A DNA stretch of 64,000 bases from the human T2T-CHM13v2.0 reference genome, Homo sapiens, in NCBI RefSeq assembly GCF_009914755.1, contig NC_060933.1, one strand, 5' to 3'. The translations under genes were made by a program, and so were the position numbers. Position 1 is the first letter of the stretch, and every line of letters starts with the position of its first letter. This document shows positions 48,204 to 64,000 of the stretch, in pieces. The notes under the pieces are model-generated. The model was not told where the DNA came from. It worked only from the letters and a program-made list of their open reading frames with translations, and did no database searches.

Positions 48204-49617
48204 CTAGACCATCACTTGCCTTTTTTAGTTGCAGCAAATGCCAGTTTTTAACCGGATATGTTTGCAATGTGTGAGTTCTTCTCCAAGTGCTAGCTAGGAT
48301 GAGCTTCCATACACCACACCCCCAGCTGTGGTAATGCTTTACTCATAGCCTGTCTCTCATCCATCTGCCTGAATTCCTGCAGAACACAGTTGGACCAGCA
48401 GCTCATATTTAATCCTCTCATATGATATTAACACCACTGGTCTCCATTTTTGATTTACATCTTAAAGCCTCCAGGCTGTAATTGTTTTACCACTGTATTT
48501 CATTATTTAACATCCACTACTTTTATGGAAAAAAATGTGTTTACTCCTGTATCTCATCTTAATGTTTCACTAACTGCTAAACTCACATTTTTTGTTCATT
48601 TGCATTGTTTTGAGAATCTAGATTGTATTTGTCTTTGGAAACAGTCACAGCCACTTCCAGAGGTCATTTCCCATAGACCCCAAACTTCTCTTCTCCCAGC
48701 CTTGGAGGTGCTGGGTTCTAGAAGGAGGAGGCAGTGAGTCCAGAAGCCCAGCCATATCAGAATGACATCTACCATGCATCAGTCCTCGTGTGTCTTCAGC
48801 GCCTCTTTCACATGTCTGTGTCCTTAGAGCTTGCTGGAACCATCTTTGCTTGTCTCTGTGTGTTCTGAGTCTGTGACTATTTGGCTCTAGGAGTCTTCTC
48901 AACAAAGTACAATTTCTGTTGTCTTTTTCCAAAAGACTTTATGAATAAAATGAAAATATGAGTAATATAAAATCAAAATATATTTTGATTTCTCATTTCA
49001 AAATTATCTACCTCTGTAGTTTAATAGAACTCAATTATTGGCCCCAGAAGATAATTTTTTTCCCTAAAGTATTTTCTAAATAATAACCAGTAGTTGACCT
49101 ACATCCTTTATATATGTCACATAGAAGATCTCCACAGTACATTCTTCAAATTCAGCTCAGATAATCCATGGAATGCTCAAGTTCCCTGTAACAAATTGAG
49201 CTCCTATAGCTCTGTGGACTTATAATTGACTAATAAAAGTAAGACTTGTTTGCTAATGATAAAGATAATTTGTAAAAAATAAATCATTTTAGTTTGACCA
49301 TGAGACGCACACATCCATTATCATTAAATGTGAAAATCTAGAATATATCCAGTTAATAGTCAAGTATCAACTTTATGTCCCACACTTGCCATGTAGAAGC
49401 TAAGCTTTTAAAATGCAGAATTATTTTCTACTTTTCTGTTATATGCATATATTATAAATGATAAGTATTTTAAATACTGGATTTTTTTAAAAATTGCTTT
49501 ATTTTCTTCTGTTTTGACAAAAGTTGGCTTTCAAGTTTAATTAAGTTAAAAAAAAACGAACAACAAAAGTGTATTCCAATGGGAGACAGATAAAGCATCT
49601 TTCTTATCTAAAATACA

Positions 49618-49897
<280 letters not shown>

Positions 49898-50390
49898 AAT
49901 AAAAAATATATATATATTTATATATGGTATATGAATTTGATACATTTTGCTTTATTTCAGGACTAATGTAATGCTACAGAAAAGGAATGACTCTAAACTC
50001 GCTTAATTTCTCCTGACTATAAATAGCCCTTGACCACTTTCAACTTTCCCACTGATAACTCTATAACATAGGGCAAGTTACTTGACCTCACTGAGCCTAT
50101 TTTGCCATCTATAAATTAGCTAATAGGACCTAACTTATAGGTTTGCTGAGAGGTATAAGTAAGACAATAGAGTCTAGCATATGGTGGGGCTCAACAAATA
50201 TTAGTACATTACTTACACTTTTTTTTCACCCTGCTATGCCTTTCAGTTTATTTCTACTAAACTCTACGTTATTAAAATACAGGCTGAAGTATTATTAATT
50301 TCCATCTGTGTTCTCCTCAGTTCCTATCACAGTGCCAGGGACACGCAGGCCCCATAATCCTTCATGGTCAATTGAACTGACAGTGAACTA

Positions 50391-50754
50391 TGTCTTCGTC
50401 CATTTGGGATGCTACAACAAAATACCATAGACCGGGTGACTTATAAACCACAGAAATGTGTTTCTTATCGTTCTGGAGGCTGGGAAGTCCAAGATCACGG
50501 CATTGGAAGATTCAGTGTCTGGTGAAGGCCTGCTTTCTGGTTCATAAATGGGTGCTTTCTTGCTGTGTCCTCATGTGGTGATAGGGGCAAGCCAGTGCTC
50601 CTAGTCTCTTTGATAAGAGCACTAATCCCATTTCCGAGGGCCCATCGTGACTGAATCACTTCTCAGCAATCCTCCCTTCTAATCTCATCACTTTGGGGGC
50701 TAGGATTTCAACATATGAATTTTTGTGGGGGGCACAAACATTGAATCCATTGCA
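50391..50754 (-). mobile_element. MLT1A-type solo LTR
   Basis: tgtcttcgtccatttggg...ctggaggctgggaagtccaagatca...ccattgca. Confidence 0.8.
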
Positions 50755-51384
50755 ATGAACATCAAAGGATGGTACAGTGGTTAGTGTTTGTGTATCATGG
50801 CCTACCTAATAATTTTATGTCTTGGTTGCTGAAAATAAAACAAATAAAAGCTTTCGTTTACATGCTTTTTTAGCACACCTTTTCTGGAAAAAATTCTCTA
50901 CTTTAGTGCTGGTTTGTGTGGCTCATAATACATCTATGGCCATTAAAATCCAATAGAACTCCAGAGTGAGGAAGCACATTGCTGTCTTTCTCTATGGTGT
51001 TTTCCAGGCAGGGTCAGATTGCCAGGATATCATCAGACATTTTTTGGTAGACAGTGAGGGGAGGGGGTGGAGAGGGTGCAGTTTATTATACGTAAATTAT
51101 ACCTCAATAAGGCTGGTACTTCTTTTAAAATTTGCCATAATTCTTTATATTATAAAGATATAAAGAAATTTTTGCACTGTCTCTCAAGTTTGTCCAGAGG
51201 ATAAAATCAGAGGCATATAACAATATAAAATATTATTCAAAGATCAAACATTTATCCAAACTTTAATACTAGAGAAAGATGGGCAGGTATAAGCATGAGC
51301 AATGGGAAAATGAGAAAGAGCAGGAGAAGGAAATGTTACTGAAGCAAAGTCAGAGATTGCCTGCTTAAAAAAGTTTTAAAAGCT

Positions 51385-52231
51385 AATTTACGGAGATGGC
51401 TTCTTTCCTTAAACCTCACGAACCAACCTCTACTACCTTCCAACTTTTCTTCTTCAGCTTCCTCACCTCTCTCAGCCTTCATAGAACTGAAGAGAGTTAG
51501 GGCCTTCCTCTGGATTAGGCTTTGGTTTAAGGGAATGTTGTGGCTGGTTTGATTTTCTGTCCAGAGCACTCAAACTTTCTCCATATCAGCAATAAGTCTG
51601 TTTCACTTTCTCATCACTTGTGTGTTTACTGGAGTAGCACTTTTAATTTCCTCCAGGAACATTCTCTTTGCATGCACAGCTTGGCCAACTGTTTGGTGAA
51701 AGAGGCCTAGCTTCGCGTCTATCTTGGTTTCCAGGATGCCTTCCTCACTCAGCTCAATCATTTCTAGCTTTTGACTTAAAGTGAGAAATACGTGATTCGT
51801 CCTTTCATTTGAACACTTAGAGGCAATTGTAGGATTGTTAATTGGCCTAATTTCAATACTGTTCTGTTTCAGGGAATACAGAGGCCTGAAGAGAGGAAAA
51901 AAGAGATGGGGGATGGTTGGTGGAGCAGTCAGAATACACATATTTACTGGCAAGTTTGTCATCTTATATTGGCACAGTCGTGGCACCCCAAAACAATTAC
52001 AATAGTAACATCAAAGATTACTGATCACAGATCACATAACACATAATAATACAAATTTAAAATATTGCAAGAGTTACCAGATGTGATACAGTGACACAAA
52101 GTGAGCACATGCTATTGGAGAAAATGGTGCTGATAGACTTGCTCAATGCAGGGTTGCCACATGCCTTCAATTTATAAAAAATGCAGTATCTGAGAAGTGC
52201 AGTAAAGCAAAGGACAATAAAATCAGGTATG
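51385..52231 (-). mobile_element. Tigger1 5' fragment
   Basis: Reverse complement matches 19540-20390 region of the + strand Tigger1. Confidence 0.88.
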
Positions 52232-53105
<874 letters not shown>

Positions 53106-55146
53106 CCTCTTGCACTTTTCTCAGACTTGTAAGTGTGACACTGGGATGACCAGTTCATGGGGAGAATTTTATATTCTTTACAGGTGAATTGGCTACAACC
53201 ACAGGCAATTTCAATTTCTTTCCAAATTTCTTCAGGGGAATATCTGAAGAAAAATAAAGTGCTTTTGAAATATAAACACTTTCTAGGAATAAAGGAATGT
53301 TGCTTATACATGATTTTACCAATGGTGTCATGAAAATTGTGTGGAGGACTGTGGCTATAAACACAATGGTTTGAATTTTATGTAAATTCATAGCTTTTTA
53401 TTGTTATTTTTAAATACAGAAAAGTTCTGAAGATAGTAATTTTATTTGCCAGTTTTTTGGAAACTTTATATCTGAGGAAGATCTGCTGGAAGATGTCATT
53501 TGGGGTAATGCAAAATATTTCTGGAAGACACAAGTAAAATGGGCCCTCATTGACCAAGTAGTTTGTATAGATGTAGTGATTAAACTATTAAGTAGAGGGG
53601 AGGTTGCAAAAATATTTGACAAAATGAAATGTGTGCCTGCAGTGCAAAACCACTGATCCTGCTCACAAACAGGCATAGTGAGAAAGATTTCTATATGCCT
53701 GGTAGAACAACCTCTGTGGGCCATCTTAAGCACTGGTGATTAACACTTTTATGCATTCTATTACATCTGAATTCCACGACTTAACATGATACTTAAGCTG
53801 AATTAAAATGCCTTAATACTCTTGCCTCAATATTCTTCCAAGGTTTAGCACCTGGTCCTTTTAATAAAAAAAAAAAAAAATAGGTTATGGTTACCTTTTT
53901 TTGAAAAGGTACTCAAATATGTCAACTTTATTGTTTCTAGATATACACCCCTTTGTACTGAAAATTGTAAAAATAGCATGAAGTTTCCTCTTATTGCAAT
54001 CCAAATTTTTGAAAGCCAGAAAATCTAATTATTATGCTCTAGACAACTTACCTAATGCTTTCTTTATCCACAAGTAACTTTGCTTCAATTTCTTGATGTT
54101 GGGTTTCATCTCACTGACTTTGGGCTTCTAAATGGGAATATTTACGTCCTCTTCGCTTCTTTGGTTCAAATCAAACAGTAGAGCTAAAGTTATTCAAATA
54201 CATTCAAACTACACAGACCCCTTATAAATTACTAGTATCATGGTAGGAAGGAAAATATATAAGAAGAAAAATACATCCTGGAACTCATTATCAAAATTAT
54301 TGGTGTATAGTCTATACTAGCATAGAGTAGCTTTCTCAACCTGCTATGTAAAATTGCCAGCAAGAAAAAAAAGTGCAAGAATAAGGTCTATGACTGAAGT
54401 GGCTCGGTGTCATGATTCCCTATTCTAGCATTCTCAGAAGGATCCCACCCGTTAGACATGCAGAAACTGCAGCCCATCCAAATGTGATCTGTTTAATCAA
54501 TAATCAACAGTTCATATTGAAGACAGTATTTTTGCTATATGTGCTTGTCATAATGAAGGACGGTGTACAAAGAACAAGTTGAACCAGACGAACACTTTAA
54601 TTTTGATGCCAAAATCAATCACTTTTTGTCATAACACCAGGCATAGATAATGGTTGATCCAGTGCACACTGTCTGTATTACCCCATAATTTCCTGCAGCA
54701 GACATGTTATAATTTGACATACTCCTTGATCATTAACACATTGCAGTAGTCAGATATACTTGTCAAGATTAAGCTAAATGTCAGTAGAAGACTCAGTGAA
54801 GGCTTGGAAATCTTGCAGCTTGCTCTCAGAGACACTGCCAACTGAAATGATAAATGTCATTGGGCTGTGGTACTATTCTCATCGACGTATCAATAAATAA
54901 AGGGATGCTGGCGAAAAAATGTTCTTCCAGATACCTGCCCACTCTGAACCTAGAGTTCTTTTCATCACTGTGAAAGACAGCTCCCTACACACCGCAGCCA
55001 TTTCCTGGGAGGACTCTGAGCTGTGATTTTAATAACAGAATGCACTCATCTGTCATTTTTCTTCCAGAATTGCTTGTGAATATCCTGCATGCTATCCAAG
55101 TCTCTCCACCCTTGTAGTCTTTGTATAAATGGGTTCATTTTGTTCC

Positions 55147-55438
55147 TTTTAATTTTTTTGAGACAGAGTCTCACTCTGTGGCCCAGGCTGGTGTGCATTG
55201 GCGCTATCTGGGCTCACTGCAACCTCCGCCTCCCAGGTTCAAGCTCTTCTGCCTCAGCTTCCTGAGTAGCTGGGATTACAGGCGCGCACCAACACGCCTG
55301 GCTAGTTTTTATATTTTCAGTAGAGACGGGGTTTTGCCGTGTTGGCCAGGCTGGTCTTGAGCTCCTGGCCTCAAGCGATCCACTCGCCTCGGCCTCCCAA
55401 ACTGCTGGGATTACAGGCTTGAGCCACTGCGCCCGGCC
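55147..55438 (-). mobile_element. Alu
   Basis: Antisense Alu. Confidence 0.95.
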
Positions 55439-55671
55439 CCTTTGTTCTTATTTGTTGTTATTGCAGTGGGATTCTAGGAGGTGCTGGGAGTGGAGAAGTT
55501 AATCAACATATTTAGCTAGCTTGAATAGACATCCCAGTATTGATGGAGTTGCAATCTTAAAAAAAGAAAGAAAGAAAGGGAAACAAAAGCCCAACAGTCA
55601 TGGGATGAAAAAGTATTTGGGCGAGGATGAAAGAGTCAAACTCTCACTGTGCACGTGAAATCACAAGTATG

Positions 55672-55994
<323 letters not shown>

Positions 55995-56249
55995 TTACAA
56001 ATGCAACTGTCCTGGTACTAACACAACATTTTGGTTTTCTTATAATATTGAAATTTTATTGAATATTGAAATACATTTTATTGAAGTTGAGAGTTGTATC
56101 TTCTTTTACCATGACCGCCAACATGTATGTGCAATAAAAGCTATAAGAATATTTGCATTTGACGCCTAAAATAAGGAACTTGGATTTAATAATTTGGCAG
56201 TTGCTTTGTTTCATTTAAATTTGAATATTTTTCTGTTTTATTTTAATAG

Positions 56250-56794
<545 letters not shown>

Positions 56795-57833
56795 CTTTTG
56801 CCCACTTTTAAGTTGGATTATTTGTTTTCTTATTGTAGAGTTTCAAGTATTCTCTGTATATTTTGAATACTAGCCCTTTATCAGATATGTTCTCCCTCCC
56901 TGTGACTTGTTTTCTAATTCTTTTAACAGTGTCACCCATGCAGTAGTTTTTTTTATTTTTTTAATTATAATAAAGTCCCACTTAGCAAGTTTTTCTTCTA
57001 TAGGTCACACTATAGGGTTGTAATTAAAAACTCATAGTCAAACCCAAGGTCACCTGTATTTTCTCCTGCTATCTTTTAGAAGTTTTATAGTTTTGCCTTT
57101 AAATTTAAGTCTATGATCCATTTTGAGTTAATTTTTGTGAGAAGTATAAGGTCAGTATCTAGATTCATTTTTTACATGTGGTTGTCCAGTAGTTTTAACA
57201 CCATTTGTTAAGAACCATATCTTTTTCCCATTGAATTACCTTTGCTTATTTGTCAAAGATCTATTGACTATATTTGTGAGGGTCTCTATCTGTACTCTGT
57301 GTTCTATTCCATTGATCTATTTGACTATTCTTTACCAATACCACACTCTCTTGATTACTGTAAGTTTACAGTAAGCCCTTTGAAGTCATTAAGCATTAGT
57401 TCTCTAATTTTGTTCTTCTTTAATATTATGTTGGCTTTTCTGCATCTCGTGACTTTCTATAGATTTGGAGTCAGCTAGTCAATATCTACAAAGTAGCTTG
57501 CTTGGATTTTGATAAGTACTGCATTGATCCCAATACTGATCTGTAGATCAAGTTGAAAGAACTGATATCTTAACAATATTGAATTTTCTTATTCATTAAC
57601 ATGCAGTAAGTCGATTTTTTAGATCTTCTGTGGTTTCGTTCATCAGATTTTCATAGTTTTCCTCAGATAGATACTACACATATTTTGTTAGACTTATACC
57701 TAAGTATTTCATTTTTGGTGCTAATGTAAATGGCACTGTGTTTTTAATTTTAAATTTCAACTGTTCATTGATGGCATATAGAAAAAGAAATGACTTTTGT
57801 AAATTAACTTTGTATCCTTCATCCTTGCTGTAA

Positions 57834-58253
<420 letters not shown>

Positions 58254-58491
58254 TATCACTTCCTTTCTTATCTGTATACCTTTTATTTCTTTTTTCTGTC
58301 TTATTGCATTAGTTAGGACTTTCCACACAAAGTTAAATAAGAGTGATAAGAGGAGACATCCTTGTTTTGTTCCTGTTCTTAGTGGGAAAGTATCTCACTT
58401 TTCAGGCTTGAGTATCATTTTAAGTGGAGGGGTTTTTTAGATTTAAAAAATCAATTTGAAGAAGTTTCTCTCTATTGCTAGTTTGCTGAAA

Positions 58492-58818
58492 GTTTTTGTT
58501 TTGTCTGTTTGTTTGTTTTGTTTTTTGAGGCAGAGTCTCACTCTGTCCCCCAGGCTGGAGGGCAGTGGTGTGATCTCGGCTCACTGCAACCTCCGCTTCC
58601 TGGGTTCAAGCGATTCTCCTGTCTCAGCTTCTTGAGTAGCTGGGATATAGGTGCGCGCTATCATGCCCGGCTAATTTTTTTTTTTTTTTTTTGTATTTTT
58701 AGTAGAGTTGAGGTTTCACTGTGTTAGCCAGGATGGTCTCGATTTCCTAGCCTCGTGATCTGCCTGCCTTGGCCTCCCAAAGTGCTGGGATTACAGGCAT
58801 GAGCCACCACACCCAGCC
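58492..58818 (-). mobile_element. Alu
   Basis: TSD tgctgaaagttttt. Confidence 0.95.
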
Positions 58819-59701
58819 TGCTGAAAGTTTTTATCATGAATGATTGTTAGATATTGTCAAATTCTTTTTATGCATCTATTGATAAGATTACATGATTTTT
58901 CTTCTTTAACCCATTGGTATAATGGACCGATCTTTGACTGTTGAACTAGGCTTGCATTCTGGAGTGCATCCCACTTTGTTATGGTATATAATACTTTCCT
59001 TGTTTCTTTTTTAAACTATTGTATTTATTATTTTTAACACTTTTTCACAACTTCAATGACAATCAAATAAGCCACCTCCTGTGTTGCGTTTCTGTGTGCT
59101 GCTTGAAGCTGCCTGTGCTTACTTTTGGTTCTACATAGCTTCTCCCCTTAGAATGACATACATAGTACAGCATTCAACATATGCTAACTCTTAGTGTTGT
59201 TATTATCTGAAGACCCTCAAGGACTGCTCATGGTGCTGATGTGGTTGGAGGGGGCATGACTTGAACCATGTCTTGTAACTTTGCATGAATTATTTACACA
59301 TGCTTGAGACAAGGTTAGTTTTCTGCATCAAAGAATGAGCAGGGAGATGATAAAGAGGTGGCTAGCTCCATCCTGTTCCAGCTATGGTCATTGCTGACGT
59401 GCACTTTGCATACACACGCTCATCCAAGTTGCATACTGCACTCAATCAGACTCAGGTGTGAAAGAGAGGTAGGAAAGAGGGACATGGGCCCACTTTCAGC
59501 TCTGGTTTATTCAGCTGTTATCACTGCTCTGTATGAGGATTGAAATGAAATCCTCAGCTAATACTGAACTGGAAGGAGCAGCCTGTGTGTGGTGAAGAGA
59601 TAAAACCTAAAACAGTCTTAACAGAAACAAAGCACTTTTCCAAACTAAGAAGAGGGCGATAAATGTAGTTTGACACTTTAGTTTAAAAATACACAAATTT
59701 A

Positions 59702-60007
59702 GGCCGGGCGTGGTGGCTCACACCTGTAATCTCAGCACTTTGGGAGGCCGAGGTAGGAAGATCACGAGGTCAGCAGTTCGAGACCAGCCTGCCTGGCCAA
59801 TATGGTGAAACTCTGTCTCTACTAAAAATACAAAAATTAGCTGGGCGTGGTGGTGTGCACCTGTGCTCCCAGCTACTCGGGAGGCTGAGGGAGAAGATTC
59901 GCTTGAACCCAGGAGGCGGGGCTGCAGTGAGCCGAGATTGTGCCACTGCACTCCAGCCTGGGTGACAGAGTGAGACTCCATCTCAAAAAACAAACAAACA
60001 AAAAAAA
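59702..60007 (+). mobile_element. Alu
   Basis: Alu consensus. Confidence 0.95.
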
Positions 60008-61802
60008 CCCCACAAATATTAGAATAATGCCTGTGAAACAAAAGTGACCTGAGTTTATGTCCCTGTGGCCTTGACAAAAGCCTGTGGTATGATGAGGTCA
60101 CCTCATATCTTAGTGAATTTGAAGGGAGTGAGGTCTCTCCTGCCCCCAGCTTCAGACCACACTGAAGAGCTTGATCCCAGTTCCAGCCATTGGATATTCA
60201 GTAAGATGTCAATAAATCAGAGTTTGTCAAGAGAAGGAGGGTGAAGGGCCTTCTACCCTGACATGCCAGGTCTCAGACAGAGAGGAAGGCGTTAGTTGCA
60301 GGAGAGAGAAAACTCAGGCATGAGCAGGATGGTCAACTTTAAATTCTACAGCTCCCTCCCATGGAGGAGACATTAGACTCACACTAAGAAGATAGGTCTG
60401 TAATTGGTGGATGGGGCTGCAGGAAGCTGTACCACAGACAAAAAGAATTCAGGAATGAGGATTCTCAAAAATGAATGTGTTTTCTCTCAAAGAATGTATG
60501 ACAGTGTATTCATACAGTGATTCTCTGTTATCTATAGAAGTCTAAATTCCATAAGAAGTTCAGAAAGTCCTTTCTTCCTCACTTCCTGCCTGTAAGCCAG
60601 TTTCATCTCCCAGACACACTCTGCCATCCTGTGTGCCCTGAGTCATAGCCCCTCTGCACTAACTATGCTTCTCCCAAAAACAGCATACTCCTTTCACCTT
60701 CCTGCCTCTGCCCACGACTTCCTCTTGGTCTGGAATGCCCCCAACAGTTCAGCTCTTAAAGCTCATATACGCTCAGGCCATAGTTGAAAATATGTATATC
60801 CTTGTTTATTCTCAACAGTTCCAATAAAAATCCACCTCCCCTTTGAAGTCTTCATGACTGCTATACTTTAACCTCCAAAGCAAAGTTAGATACCCCATGA
60901 TCTGTGCTCCCATGACACCCATCCACTTCGATTATGGCATGTTCCACATTCTAATTATTTGCTTACTGTCTCCTCTAGTTGACTTTGAGCAGACACCTTG
61001 TCTTATTCATGTCTGCATCTGAAGAGTTTTCACACAGGGCTCACACCACAATGGGTGAATGAGCACTCAGAGAGGAATCTGTACCCACGTGAAGGCATGG
61101 ACCCTTCAGCACTAAGCTTCTGTGATCTCATAACATCTTGCCTTAATATTCTTCCAAGGTTTAGCACCTGATCCTTTTAAACACGTTCGTTAATAAACAA
61201 TAAATAGGCTATGGTTAACTTTTAAATAACTAGTTAATCTTTATTATGAAATAAGAATTTTGGAAGAGGCGAAGTGATCTATATACATGGGACGGAGGAA
61301 AGTGAATATCAATGGCCTATGACGCATCATTAAGTTTCTTTTCTATTTCATAGAATTTTCTACTCACATTACTGTCTTATTCAGTGTTCTTTTGTTTGGT
61401 GTTGAACCAGCGCAAAATCTCTGAGGTTAAAATGGAATTATTCTAAAGGCTGGAAGCCTGGTAGCTTCAAGAGCTAGAACCAAAGTCTGGAAAGAGCTCC
61501 AGGAACAGCTCCAGCTACCCTAAGTAAATCTCTCCCAGGCGCTCTGATCGCTTTTCACAACTTCTCTCTCCACATCACTTCAGCTTTTCTTTCCACAGAT
61601 CGACTATGTCTGCTTTTCTAAGCTGCTGGTTAAATATGGAAGCACCAACGATCCCAAACTTAAATATTCTAAGTTGAAATGACCCATAGGGAAAGACCAG
61701 TATCTCTCAATCCCAATTCCCACATTTTAAAGAGAAAATGTGGTTGGGTCAGTTGTTCTACCTTTAAATAAATAGGGTCAGGTATGGGACATGATTCCAT
61801 AA

Positions 61803-62462
<660 letters not shown>

Positions 62463-62767
62463 AGAACTTTATTATAGGTGGGACACACATACCAAAAGAA
62501 TCAGTGCACCACAATGATCTAATTCAATTTTGCTTTTTGAGAGGGTTTACAGAAAGATTAAACTGACTGATTAACATTAAGCGCTCTTTTCCCCTTAGAC
62601 CAAATTTTAGTTAGCTATTGTCAACTATAAAGCTCATTATTATTCTTATGAACTTTAGAATCTAAAAAGATAAATCAGTCATTTGCCTGTTTGTTAAGAC
62701 TTTGTCTGAGCCATCCCTACAAGACAGGTAAAGACAGCACTCAGCACAGGACTGTGGCCTACACTGA

Positions 62768-63482
<715 letters not shown>

Positions 63483-63565
63483 CACTCTCTGTTCAACTCG
63501 GGAATCCCTGTCTTCTTCCTGTCTTGAAAGCTTCAGCCTTCTGAGATTTAAGAATACAATTTCAA

Positions 63566-63857
<292 letters not shown>

Positions 63858-64000
63858 ATTCAATTTCAAAACCTAGATAAAAACTAAATCTTTGGAGATT
63901 CAGTGCTAAATTCTCAATTTGTGTTCACTAAAAGACGTATACTTGGGCAGTGACTAATTTGATAGCTATTTCCCTTGGACTGATAAGTACATTCCTTTTT

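Overview
Human/great-ape genomic DNA, very repeat-rich (about 34 Alus, plus L1, L2, MaLR, ERV1 LTRs and Tigger). It matches the chromosome 9 pericentromeric SPATA31A-FAM74A segmental-duplication block. It contains one intact 4-exon SPATA31A (FAM75A) gene on + (CDS 24236-24424, 25623-25680, 26249-26309, 26565-30288; 1343 aa, most like SPATA31A6). It also has a PTS processed pseudogene on - (~36475-37215) and a FAM74A-type VNTR-derived 2-exon ORF on + (39741-40203 + 45467-45483; 159 aa). Most unusual structures: (1) a 7.2-kb minus-strand insertion (53903-61135) with AATAAA, poly(A) and an L1-endonuclease site, flanked by ~80-88-bp direct repeats that look like a giant target-site duplication; (2) a diverged ~220-bp copy of SPATA31 exon 4 embedded near the 3' end of a full-length Tigger1 upstream of the gene, bounded by splice signals; (3) an 18-nt tandem splice-acceptor array at SPATA31A exon 2; (4) a 34-nt VNTR that is open in all three frames and builds the FAM74A ORF; (5) a 1.3-kb 'mini-L1' (5'UTR fused to 3' end) just upstream of the SPATA31A promoter; (6) the PTS retrocopy derives from an exon-3-skipped mRNA and abuts a promoter/first-exon-like relic. 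Repeat boundaries are read by eye and approximate. Subfamily and paralog names are from recall, not database searches.
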